Assembly: GCA_014804995.1 (NCBI GenBank)
Contig: JAAUYS010000080.1
Coordinates: forward strand, 20,343 to 84,342
Source: Clostridia bacterium
Lineage (GTDB): Bacteria > Bacillota > Clostridia > Christensenellales > Borkfalkiaceae
DNA: 64,000 bases
Reading direction: 5' to 3'
The notes below the pieces were generated by a model. The model was not told the DNA's origin. It saw only the letters and a list, made by a program, of their open reading frames with translations, and searched no databases. How positions within the stretch are numbered: position 1 is the stretch's first letter; each line of letters begins with the position of its first letter. Positions 51,836 to 59,547 of the stretch are shown here, piece by piece. A program made the translations under genes and the position numbers.

Positions 51836-52393
51836 TTAATAAATTATATCATGATACCAAGTACCATCCTCTTCATATTCATATTCAGCATCTATAATTT
51901 CATCATCTGAAACTTCTGAGAAATATGAATAAGCATCTTTTTCAAGATGATCACTAATAGTATTGTAGAATCTTTCACAAGCATCTACAAACTTCATATA
52001 ATCATCGCAATTGCACCAACTATTATCACCAATTACGCCTATACATAATTTATTATCATATCTTTTAAATTCTATAGATTCAAAAGTATCTAAAGCATTA
52101 TATTTGAAGTTATCATCTTTAGTAATACCTAAATCAAATTCACTATCTTCAAATAATTTATCAATAGGTATAATAGCACTAAAATAAATATAATCACTTA
52201 GAGATAATTTAATATCATAGCAAAGATTAATTTCTTCAAAACCATACTCTTTTAGAGAATCAGTAGCAATAGTTTCAAATTCTTTATTACTTCTTTGATA
52301 ATATATATACTCTAACTTAGCTTTTCTTTTAGCATCACTATTAGGCAATTCGTGATACTTATACAATGTTTTTTTAACTATAATTTCTCTCAT
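51836..52393 (-). CDS. hypothetical acidic protein (185 aa)
   Basis: D/E/Y-rich. Preceded by the hairpin at 52407-52434. Confidence 0.55.
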   Translation of the reverse strand: MREIIVKKTLYKYHELPNSDAKRKAKLEYIYYQRSNKEFETIATDSLKEYGFEEINLCYDIKLSLSDYIYFSAIIPIDKLFEDSEFDLGITKDDNFKYNALDTFESIEFKRYDNKLCIGVIGDNSWCNCDDYMKFVDACERFYNTISDHLEKDAYSYFSEVSDDEIIDAEYEYEEDGTWYHDIIY

Positions 52394-52406
52394 AATTTTA
52401 AGATTA

Positions 52407-52434
52407 AAGAGAGTAGTACTAAGACTACTCTCTT
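52407..52434 (-). terminator. 11-bp intercistronic hairpin (terminator or processing/stability element)
   Basis: AAGAGAGTAGT-cttagt-ACTACTCTCTT. The tail is only weakly U-rich. It lies 13 nt before ATG 52393. Confidence 0.4.
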
Positions 52435-52441
52435 ATTTAAC

Positions 52442-53563
52442 TCAAAGCGTCGGAAGTTTAGCAATAGTCAATGCAGAACGTCTCTCTTCTGTCAAATCTC
52501 TATTAGCCCAAATATAGCGATTAACAACTTCTTGCTTAGCATTATCAAGCATAAAATAAGTAAATTGTTTACCACCAAGTTCAGCTGTAGTAATACTTCC
52601 GAAAATAGGTAAGTTCTCTCTAAAAGGAACAAAACGATTCATATCTGCGGTAGGATTTTCACACTCTTTAACCGTACCAGGAATCCAATAGTTATTATCA
52701 TAACCACTGAACTGATGAGTAGGGATATTAGTTGTAGGAATGCAAATGGTAAGTCTTTGATTAGTCTTTTCATTAACGGCTAACCATTGAGGTTCTTCAC
52801 TTTCTTCTGTAAGTCTGTCATAAACAGCTTTCCAATCACTTTGCATCACACGAGTGAAAGGATTTACACGTTTGGGTTTATCTGTTGTTTTACCAGCTTT
52901 ACCTTTTGCTTCTATAGTTTTAGCCTTGCCAGATTCAACAAGACTTTTAAGAGTATCAAATTCCATAACATCAAATACGTTAAATGTATCATCTTCTTCC
53001 TTTTTCATATTAGCACGAACTACAACTCCAGTCTTTTCAGTAGAACCAAATTGTACTTCATACTTATCTTCACCTAAGAACTTAATTACTTTAGCAACAC
53101 GTTCTTGAATATTGTAAAGTTCATATTTATCAATATCCTCGATACTAATAATAGATACAATATCATCAGGTTGCAACTTAGAATAGATAGAACGAATTTC
53201 ACCAACAATAGGTTTAATCCATTCTTTTGTTTCTATAAACTTAGTAATATAAGATTCTTTAGAACCTGCTTTAAATGTAAGCATAGGATTCAGAAGTTTT
53301 CTATAATTACCATGATTTATAGAAATAGGATTGTTGTTTACAACAGCTAGTAATTTGAGTACTGAATCTTGAATCGGCTGAATAGCATCTTTAGTAAATT
53401 CAATATTACGTAAAGGCAACAGATTGTCAACTTCATCATAATAAGCAACAACAACCTTTTCTTCTGTAATGGATTTAATATAACCAAGTTTGTTATTTAC
53501 CAATACATACATACCTTTTTTCAATTCTGCTGAAATAAGCGAATAAGTTAAAATAGCTTCCAT
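52442..53563 (-). CDS. hypothetical protein (373 aa) with KOW/SH3-like N-terminal segments
   Basis: KKGMYVLVNNKLGYIKSITEEKVVVAYYD. No catalytic motif. Confidence 0.55.
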   Translation of the reverse strand: MEAILTYSLISAELKKGMYVLVNNKLGYIKSITEEKVVVAYYDEVDNLLPLRNIEFTKDAIQPIQDSVLKLLAVVNNNPISINHGNYRKLLNPMLTFKAGSKESYITKFIETKEWIKPIVGEIRSIYSKLQPDDIVSIISIEDIDKYELYNIQERVAKVIKFLGEDKYEVQFGSTEKTGVVVRANMKKEEDDTFNVFDVMEFDTLKSLVESGKAKTIEAKGKAGKTTDKPKRVNPFTRVMQSDWKAVYDRLTEESEEPQWLAVNEKTNQRLTICIPTTNIPTHQFSGYDNNYWIPGTVKECENPTADMNRFVPFRENLPIFGSITTAELGGKQFTYFMLDNAKQEVVNRYIWANRDLTEERRSALTIAKLPTL

Positions 53564-53566
53564 AAT

Positions 53567-53905
53567 TTAAAATTTAATTTTGAAAATAGTAAAATGTTCT
53601 TTATGAGTATTTGAAATTACTTTCATACAATGATCAAGTAAAGGATTCTTTAAAGGATCATTAAAATCAAATAGATTGAATTGTTTAGGTAAAGTAATAC
53701 GTTGATTAAATTCATTATAACCATCGGTACAATAACAAACAACATACGGTTTATCATTAACTGCAATCAATTGATTAACATTAACCGTAATCTGTTTCTT
53801 ATTAATATTAACGACAGCTTTATTATCATTTATCTCAACAATACTACCATAAATTCCTCTAGATGTTACAACTCGATCATTAGGTTTAAAATCATTTTCT
53901 GTCAT
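53567..53905 (-). CDS. hypothetical protein (112 aa), KOW-like N-terminus
   Basis: NDRVVTSRGIYGSIVEINDNKAVV. Confidence 0.5.
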   Translation of the reverse strand: MTENDFKPNDRVVTSRGIYGSIVEINDNKAVVNINKKQITVNVNQLIAVNDKPYVVCYCTDGYNEFNQRITLPKQFNLFDFNDPLKNPLLDHCMKVISNTHKEHFTIFKIKF

Positions 53906-54291
53906 AGCATATCTTTAAAATTTATAGTTATAGAATTTTTGTTATCAGTTGCAATTTCATGTAGAATACATTCATCTAGATTAGCATAACTACATTTAAG
54001 TAGTTGTAATGTTCTATTAAGATGTTTATTTGTATTCTCCCATGTATCACAAACAGGTGCTATAATTGTTCTATCATCTTTAGTACAATATATAACTCCT
54101 TTAGCTGGTTTTCCATAGATTTTACCTTTTCTATAAAGTGTACCACAATTAACACAAACAGAATCTTGTTCATCCATGTCTAATTTATAACGTGTATGAC
54201 AATTACTGCAAAGTGTTGGTTCACCTTTAATAGAATTAACAAAACCTTCTCTTTGTTCAGCAAACTTATTTAGAATATTATAATCAATCAT
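53902..54291 (-). CDS. zinc-ribbon protein (129 aa)
   Basis: CSNCHT..(17 aa)..CVNCGT. ATGA start/stop overlap with the next gene. Confidence 0.5.
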   Translation of the reverse strand: MIDYNILNKFAEQREGFVNSIKGEPTLCSNCHTRYKLDMDEQDSVCVNCGTLYRKGKIYGKPAKGVIYCTKDDRTIIAPVCDTWENTNKHLNRTLQLLKCSYANLDECILHEIATDNKNSITINFKDML

Positions 54292-54573
54292 TTATTCAGA
54301 TTTAAATTCAATAAGTTCAAAAACAACAGCTTTACCATCTTTACGACCACCAGCCATACAACGACAACCGGAGCAACTTGCTAAAGTCTTTAGATCGCAA
54401 TGATGTATAGCACACTGGTGCATTACATTTTTTACTTCTATTGCTTTTACTTTAGCTACAAATGCTTCATTAGTTTCTATATTTACTAACTTAACTTCTC
54501 CTACTTGTCCTGCTGGTATATATGTATATGGTTCATTTACTACTCGTAACGATTGATTAAGAGGTGTATTCAT
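54292..54573 (-). CDS. small Cys-rich protein, distant member of paralog family P
   Basis: IPAGQVGEVKLV..KVKAIEV..QCAIHHC..CSGCRC..RKDGKAVVFELI matches the family pattern. Confidence 0.5.
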   Translation of the reverse strand: MNTPLNQSLRVVNEPYTYIPAGQVGEVKLVNIETNEAFVAKVKAIEVKNVMHQCAIHHCDLKTLASCSGCRCMAGGRKDGKAVVFELIEFKSE

Positions 54574-54772
54574 TGCTTACGTATATTGCATTAAAGAATA
54601 ATATTTTCTTATGAGTAAAAGGTATTCCTAATAATCCTAATATACTTGACAATTCTACAGCTTTCTCTTCTGTAAGACATAGTAATATATTATGTGTCTT
54701 AGTTCTTTCAACACCTAATACCTCTACATGCGTACTTTTATCTTCGTTAGGTGAAAACAATGTTACTTTCAT
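54557..54772 (-). CDS. small hypothetical protein (family Q-like)
   Basis: ILLCLTEEKAVELSSILG resembles the core shared with 62619.., 62874.. and 63745... Confidence 0.45.
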   Translation of the reverse strand: MKVTLFSPNEDKSTHVEVLGVERTKTHNILLCLTEEKAVELSSILGLLGIPFTHKKILFFNAIYVSNEYTS

Positions 54773-55005
54773 ACTAATACTGCCATTAATGAATCCTTGT
54801 GAATAACTACATATAAATCATTATCTGATTTAGTCATTGTGCATACTGAATGAATTGATAAGCATGCTTTACTATACGCTTGTAATGATGCAAAACAAAG
54901 TGTATAAGACTGGTCATCCTCCTCAATCATTTTTACATTAGATATTATTCTTGCTTCATTAGAGTCTATATCTGTTACTCTATAAGGTGCTATTACTACT
55001 TCCAT
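54769..55005 (-). CDS. small hypothetical protein (family Q-like)
   Basis: First ORF after the 220-bp spacer. Contains YTLCFASLQAYSKACLS. Confidence 0.45.
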   Translation of the reverse strand: MEVVIAPYRVTDIDSNEARIISNVKMIEEDDQSYTLCFASLQAYSKACLSIHSVCTMTKSDNDLYVVIHKDSLMAVLV

Positions 55006-55101
55006 AAGATTTCAGTTTAATTTAATTTATAATTCGATTTCTAAGCTCACTTGACTAATTAAAGCCAATAGAATGTCATTTAAAACGTTTTAAATCTTTA
55101 A

Positions 55102-55161
55102 TTCAGCTACGAAAATATCAGAAATGACCAACTCTTCATTCTTAATATAATCGTAGCTGAA
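55102..55161. promoter_or_regulatory. 11-bp perfect inverted repeat with 38-nt spacer
   Basis: TTCAGCTACGA (55102-12) and TCGTAGCTGAA (55151-61), in the 220-bp spacer that also carries repeat h. Confidence 0.5.
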
Positions 55162-55204
55162 ACAGAACCAAACGTAATCACAAAGTCTTCCGAGTAATAC
55201 TCAT

Positions 55205-55250
55205 AGTGTTGCTCCTATCCGCATCTTATTCCCTACTGGGGGTTGCAGAG
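55205..55250 (+). repeat. GC-rich dispersed repeat, copy h (3' end of 55226..55543, antisense)
   Basis: AGTGTTGCTCCTATCCGCATCTTATTCCCTACTGGGGGTTGCAGAG. Confidence 0.85.
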
Positions 55251-55543
55251 CCATTATAAGCAACAGCACATTGAGCATCATATTCTGCTATAGCTTCACA
55301 AGATACAACGACAGTTAGATTCTTTTGAGCAATAACTATAGAATTGGCAATATCGGCAGCATACGTTATTTGTTGTAATTCTCCTCTTATACCATATTCT
55401 CTAATAATACTCGTTAAATAATCTGCAAGAAACTTTGTATAGCTTTGTTTCTTAAAGTGTATCTCTTTACCATATACACATTCTACTCCATTAGATGTAA
55501 ATATGGCTTCTCCTGTTATATCATTTATTAAATATACATACAT
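55226..55543 (-). CDS. hypothetical protein (105 aa); the last ~12 codons are antisense of repeat h
   Basis: The C-terminus YNGSATPSRE* is encoded by the repeat. Confidence 0.5.
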   Translation of the reverse strand: MYVYLINDITGEAIFTSNGVECVYGKEIHFKKQSYTKFLADYLTSIIREYGIRGELQQITYAADIANSIVIAQKNLTVVVSCEAIAEYDAQCAVAYNGSATPSRE

Positions 55544-55545
55544 AA

Positions 55546-56013
55546 TTAAGCATCTCCAACGGGTTTAACAATTCTCATTTCAACACTACCTCTAGGTTTA
55601 TTAGTTTCAAATTCAGGTTCACATTTTATATTATCGTAATATTCTTTACGACGACCATTAGCTTCAACATATTTAGCTACAGATTGTTTGCTCATATTCT
55701 CAAACATCATGTTCTCTAGTTCTACAAGAGCTTCTTCTTCATATTGTTCAAGAGGACGCTTCTTATATATTGCTAATAGAAACATGTGCGTAGCATATCT
55801 AATATAACTAGAAGTTATACCGAAATACTGATGATTCTCATCATTCATACAACCCTCACTAATCTTTTTATCAATATAATCTGTAAAAGAATCAATCATA
55901 TTAATAAGTTCTGATATTTGTTTATCATTTATCATAGTAAGCATTGTGGTGAATTGTTGCTCGAATAGTTCCAGTGGAACCATTACACAAGGTATTACGA
56001 ATTTCTCTTCCAC
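55546..56013 (-). CDS. hypothetical protein (155 aa; GTG start, alternative ATG 55983)
   Basis: Same-strand ORF. No motif. Confidence 0.5.
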   Translation of the reverse strand: MEEKFVIPCVMVPLELFEQQFTTMLTMINDKQISELINMIDSFTDYIDKKISEGCMNDENHQYFGITSSYIRYATHMFLLAIYKKRPLEQYEEEALVELENMMFENMSKQSVAKYVEANGRRKEYYDNIKCEPEFETNKPRGSVEMRIVKPVGDA

Positions 56014-56150
56014 GGCTGATTGTAATTAATATTAATACTATCAAAGTCAACACTTTGTTTGTCTTCAGGTTTCTTAGTTGTAGTAATACTAATACTAATA
56101 CAACTCGTCATTAATGCACATAGCACTAGTAAGATAAATAACTTTTTCAT
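55995..56150 (-). CDS. small predicted lipoprotein (51 aa), below the ORF-track size cutoff
   Basis: My translation: MKKLFILLVLCALMTSC|ISISITTTKKPEDKQSVDFDSININYNQPWKRNS. This is a signal peptide plus a lipobox-like Cys. ATGA overlap with the stop of 56147..56614. Confidence 0.5.
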   Translation of the reverse strand: MKKLFILLVLCALMTSCISISITTTKKPEDKQSVDFDSININYNQPWKRNS

Positions 56151-56614
56151 TTCACATGTAATTTTCTACGTTGATAATTATTTAAATAAGGATACTTTTT
56201 ATTAGGTATATATTTTAACCATCTAAAAGGATGCTTTAGGCGATATTTGATATAATTAAAATCATATTCATTATAAATAGCTTCTGATTCAAAACAAATA
56301 TTACCATAAGCATGATCATAAGGAGGCAAAAGAATTTCTATTAACCAGCATAGTATATATAATATTACTGGGAATAGTATTCCAACTAACAACCACCACC
56401 ATGACAAGCCAAGTGTCCAACATAAGATAGAACAAATGATAATATCAGCAATAAGAAGTTCTATTTGCTGAATACTATGAATACCTTCGTGATTGATTAC
56501 GTTTTTAGACAATTTAATTGTACCTTTATATTCTTTACGAATAAAAAGAAAACAAAGAAAAGTCATACAGATAAATCCTTTAAAAGGAATAAGATTGTTG
56601 TAAATTTTAATCAT
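56147..56614 (-). CDS. integral-membrane protein with HExxH motif (putative membrane zincin, DUF3267-like)
   Basis: HEGIH at 56477-56491, flanked by hydrophobic helices (FICMTFLCFLFI, LLIADIIICSILCWTL, WWWLLVGILFPVILYILCWLIEILL). Confidence 0.5.
   Translation of the reverse strand: MIKIYNNLIPFKGFICMTFLCFLFIRKEYKGTIKLSKNVINHEGIHSIQQIELLIADIIICSILCWTLGLSWWWLLVGILFPVILYILCWLIEILLPPYDHAYGNICFESEAIYNEYDFNYIKYRLKHPFRWLKYIPNKKYPYLNNYQRRKLHVK
56477..56491 (-). other. HEGIH (HExxH) motif of the membrane protein
   Basis: The minus strand reads cac gaa ggt att cat. Confidence 0.6.
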
Positions 56615-56619
56615 AGTAG

Positions 56620-56805
56620 CTAAAGTTTAGTAATAAAACAACCATCATCAGAAATAGAGGTATTATCGTAAATTTCAGTTACTAATTTTCCTTCTTTATC
56701 TATGATAATAGATTTATTATCTTCATTAAAGATGTTAATACCTCTTTCATAAGGTTTATCCGCAGTACGTCTAAACATACATACACATACTTTACACATT
56801 TCCAT
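56620..56805 (-). CDS. hypothetical protein (61 aa)
   Basis: Same-strand ORF. Confidence 0.45.
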   Translation of the reverse strand: MEMCKVCVCMFRRTADKPYERGINIFNEDNKSIIIDKEGKLVTEIYDNTSISDDGCFITKL

Positions 56806-57277
56806 ATTTTTCTAGATTAAGTTTAAGATATTCAAATATCAATTTTTGATTATTACAAATTTCTTTTAAAGTTCTATGTATATCTTTAAGTATAGTAATC
56901 ATATCTTCTGAATCACTATGTTCTTTAGGTCTACTAACTTCAGCATACATTTCATTAAGTTTCTCAGCAACTTCTGTTATTTGTTGCATAGTACCACCAA
57001 TAGATAAAGATTTAATTTCTTCTTTTACTATATTATCGAAAACAACTGAATATATTACATTTAATTTATCTGTTCTAGTACTATAAGAACATCTTATCAA
57101 ATGACAATATTGAGTATTATAAAAATAACAATTTTTACAAAGAGTGCGATATTTTGTATTAGCTATACAACGTAAAAATATAGGATACGTATTAACACTC
57201 TTATCTATAAATTGTATAAGAGTATCAGGTTTTTCATCACCTAAAGTCGTTAAATTTCTAATTACATAAGCTCCCAT
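56792..57277 (-). CDS. Cys-rich family P paralog with C-terminal helical extension (161 aa)
   Basis: LCKNCYFYNTQYCHLIRC..RTDKLNVIYSVV. Confidence 0.55.
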   Translation of the reverse strand: MGAYVIRNLTTLGDEKPDTLIQFIDKSVNTYPIFLRCIANTKYRTLCKNCYFYNTQYCHLIRCSYSTRTDKLNVIYSVVFDNIVKEEIKSLSIGGTMQQITEVAEKLNEMYAEVSRPKEHSDSEDMITILKDIHRTLKEICNNQKLIFEYLKLNLEKYGNV

Positions 57278-57283
57278 AATTAT

Positions 57284-57514
57284 TTACATTGTACCTAATG
57301 CGACATTATGACTTTTAATATAATCATTATATTCTTTAATAGATATTACTTGAATGTTTGTAGCATCATTAATATCTATCATAACAGAAGAATCTGAATA
57401 TACATCACAATCTTCCATTTCTTTGGTGTAATGATTATATTTTCTAATTGTAAACTTTATAGCTTCATCTTTACCAGGTACATATCTTTTTAAATTAACT
57501 TCTTTTATTTCCAT
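57284..57514 (-). CDS. hypothetical protein (76 aa)
   Basis: Same-strand ORF. Confidence 0.5.
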   Translation of the reverse strand: MEIKEVNLKRYVPGKDEAIKFTIRKYNHYTKEMEDCDVYSDSSVMIDINDATNIQVISIKEYNDYIKSHNVALGTM

Positions 57515-57567
57515 AGCTTAATTATTAATCATTATTACTTCACCATAAAAGGAATCCAATCATGATC

Positions 57568-57720
57568 TCAATTTTCTGCATAAGTGCCACAATCAACACC
57601 AGTTATAACTACTCCAGCATGATCATTAACAAATAGAATAATTCTATTTGGATCTTCTGCATAATATCCTAGACAAGGATATTTAATATCGTCAGAATCT
57701 CTATTAATTTTTATAATCAT
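57568..57720 (-). CDS. possible small ORF (50 aa), below the ORF-track cutoff
   Basis: ATG lies 4 nt after the stop of 57724..58086. MIIKINRDSDDIKYPCLGYYAEDPNRIILFVNDHAGVVITGVDCGTYAEN, ending at TGA. Confidence 0.35.
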   Translation of the reverse strand: MIIKINRDSDDIKYPCLGYYAEDPNRIILFVNDHAGVVITGVDCGTYAEN

Positions 57721-57723
57721 AGT

Positions 57724-58086
57724 TTATTCAAATTTACTAAATCCAACAACAAGTTTATTATAATCATTTTCAAAATTAGTTATATCATTTGGTGTAATAG
57801 GATGATCTAAAGTCATAATAGCTCTAGTATGTGTATTAGGTTCATTTTCTGTAAGTCTTGGTTTTACACAATGTAAAAGATATGTATGAGCTATTAATTC
57901 TAATCCTTTACAATCCCAAATAAATGTATTATAAGGTATATCAAGAGATATAAAATCTCCTCCATATGCTATATCTGTAACAGTTCTAATCTCTCCTATA
58001 TAATCTAGCATATCTTGAGAAGTTGATTTACAATCACGAATCTTTTCAGTAATTCTAACCTTATCACCAATTTTAAATTTACGCAT
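57724..58086 (-). CDS. hypothetical protein (120 aa), KOW/SH3-like N-terminus
   Basis: MRKFKIGDKVRITEKI. Confidence 0.5.
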   Translation of the reverse strand: MRKFKIGDKVRITEKIRDCKSTSQDMLDYIGEIRTVTDIAYGGDFISLDIPYNTFIWDCKGLELIAHTYLLHCVKPRLTENEPNTHTRAIMTLDHPITPNDITNFENDYNKLVVGFSKFE

Positions 58087-58089
58087 AGT

Positions 58090-58323
58090 TTAAGGTTTTA
58101 AAAATATAACATCTTTATTATCACTTCTAAAATCAGGAGTACAGCATTTAGCATTAAGACATACACTATCGTCCTCATATAATATACAATTACAACAAGG
58201 GCATTCTATACCACCAATTGTATTTAAATCTAATACTTTAAATTTACCTTTAATTCCCTCAGCATCGAGTTCTTCAACTGTACCGACAGGTAAATCTTTT
58301 AATTTTTCAATATTTGTAATCAT
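58090..58323 (-). CDS. Cys-rich family P paralog (77 aa)
   Basis: LKDLPVGTVEEL..KFKVL..CPCCNCILYEDDSVCLNAKCC..RSDNKDVIFLK. Confidence 0.55.
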   Translation of the reverse strand: MITNIEKLKDLPVGTVEELDAEGIKGKFKVLDLNTIGGIECPCCNCILYEDDSVCLNAKCCTPDFRSDNKDVIFLKP

Positions 58324-58547
58324 AGCTTCTTAAAATAACATTCTCTTTTATTTGTAACACAAGCAATACAACAATAAGTAATATGCTCATTATATAATGC
58401 ACACTTATCGCATATATCATCAACATCATCAACTTTTTCATCTATTGCTTTAACTTCTACTTTAGCTTTAATATCAAACATATCAATATCAACTATATCT
58501 CCTATATTTGTTTCAGCTAATTGAGATAATGTAATTATAGTATCCAT
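58320..58547 (-). CDS. Cys-rich family P paralog (75 aa)
   Basis: NIGDIVDI..KVEVKAI..ICDKCALYNEHITYCCIAC..KRECYFKKL. Confidence 0.55.
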   Translation of the reverse strand: MDTIITLSQLAETNIGDIVDIDMFDIKAKVEVKAIDEKVDDVDDICDKCALYNEHITYCCIACVTNKRECYFKKL

Positions 58548-58816
58548 AGCATTTTCTTTAATAGTTCTAATTTTGTTAATTTCTTAAATATAACACTTGT
58601 GTTATCTTTTCTTATAATATTGCTACAAATATTTGTGTTTCTAATTATACATGATTTATTTTTATAAAAATAACAATTACTACAAGTTTTATTAAATAAA
58701 TTAAATTTAAGAACTTTAATGTAATCTTTTTTATTGGCAGTATTAAGTTTAATAATACTGTCAATAGGAATATTTCTAAGTTGTTTTAAATCATTAATTA
58801 TCTTTATTTTCTTCAT
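58535..58816 (-). CDS. Cys-rich family P paralog (start placed at ATG 58816)
   Basis: NIPIDSIIKL..IKVLKF..CSNCYFYKNKSCIIRNTNIC..RKDNTSVIFKKL. Confidence 0.55.
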   Translation of the reverse strand: MKKIKIINDLKQLRNIPIDSIIKLNTANKKDYIKVLKFNLFNKTCSNCYFYKNKSCIIRNTNICSNIIRKDNTSVIFKKLTKLELLKKMLWIL

Positions 58817-59093
58817 TCTCAATTTCTTTAAAATAAACACTAATTTTATCAGGACGTTCACTCATTACACAAGCATCTAATGCTATAAAATTATTTTTAT
58901 CTCTTATACATTGATAATTAACTTTATCATATAAAGCACAATGTTTATAACATCTAAATGAGTTATCTAAATTTGATATATCATCTACGTAATCTACATT
59001 ACAACATTGAACAACTTTATTAATAGGAGAGATCTTAACAATCTTTCCTACTTTAATAGTTCTAAGTCTTTCAAAATTAGCTATTGTTTTCAT
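58794..59093 (-). CDS. Cys-rich family P paralog (99 aa)
   Basis: IKVGKIVKI..RCYKHCALYDKVNYQC..ERPDKISVYFKEI. Confidence 0.55.
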   Translation of the reverse strand: MKTIANFERLRTIKVGKIVKISPINKVVQCCNVDYVDDISNLDNSFRCYKHCALYDKVNYQCIRDKNNFIALDACVMSERPDKISVYFKEIENEENKDN

Positions 59094-59245
59094 TTTCTTT
59101 TCTTTGCTAATTGTTTTTGAATCTTATATTCACGAACACATTCTTTTTCACTAGGCTCTAAAGAAGTAAATCTTTTATTGAATCGTCTTAGAGCATAAGT
59201 CTTATTAACAGAATTTGGAATATAAATAGGATCTTTACGTTTCAT
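59090..59245 (-). CDS. possible small basic ORF (51 aa), below the ORF-track cutoff
   Basis: ATGA overlaps at both ends. MKRKDPIYIPNSVNKTYALRRFNKRFTSLEPSEKECVREYKIQKQLAKKRK. Confidence 0.4.
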   Translation of the reverse strand: MKRKDPIYIPNSVNKTYALRRFNKRFTSLEPSEKECVREYKIQKQLAKKRK

Positions 59246-59547
59246 AATATATTATCTTTAACATACAGAGTTCTATATATATTATTTGTTTTATTACTGT
59301 GAACATTTATAAAAGTTCTTTTTATAAATTCACCAATAGGACATTCTATAGCATCAGTATATGGTTCTGATACAATAGTTAATTTACCATCATCGTAGTT
59401 AGAATAAGTTTCTAGAATACTATTAGATGCAAATAAATATGCGTCTTCATTTGTAATTACATTACGTATCCAAGAGTTATCTCTAACTTCATAGCGTCTG
59501 CCAACAATACTTATTGGAATAGTTATTTTTAAGGTTAAGTTTTTCAT
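59242..59547 (-). CDS. hypothetical protein (101 aa)
   Basis: Same-strand ORF with ATGA coupling. Confidence 0.5.
   Translation of the reverse strand: MKNLTLKITIPISIVGRRYEVRDNSWIRNVITNEDAYLFASNSILETYSNYDDGKLTIVSEPYTDAIECPIGEFIKRTFINVHSNKTNNIYRTLYVKDNIL

Noticed and set aside
14552-55250. CRISPR array, or solitary CRISPR-repeat mimics, as the explanation for the 48-nt repeat.
   Set aside because: The copies are kilobases apart, in both orientations, with no regular spacers. Three lie inside coding sequence. I cannot match the sequence to a known repeat from memory. A repeat-mimic role cannot be fully excluded without a database search.
57535-57720. Possible TGA-to-Trp recoding. The 50-codon ORF stops at TGA (57568-57570), and read-through would give ...AENWDHDWIPFMVK.
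   Set aside because: Many neighbouring genes use TGA as a functional stop in ATGA overlaps. The 7.8-kb and 13.4-kb late ORFs are intact in the standard code, so there is no support for stop-codon reassignment in this window.
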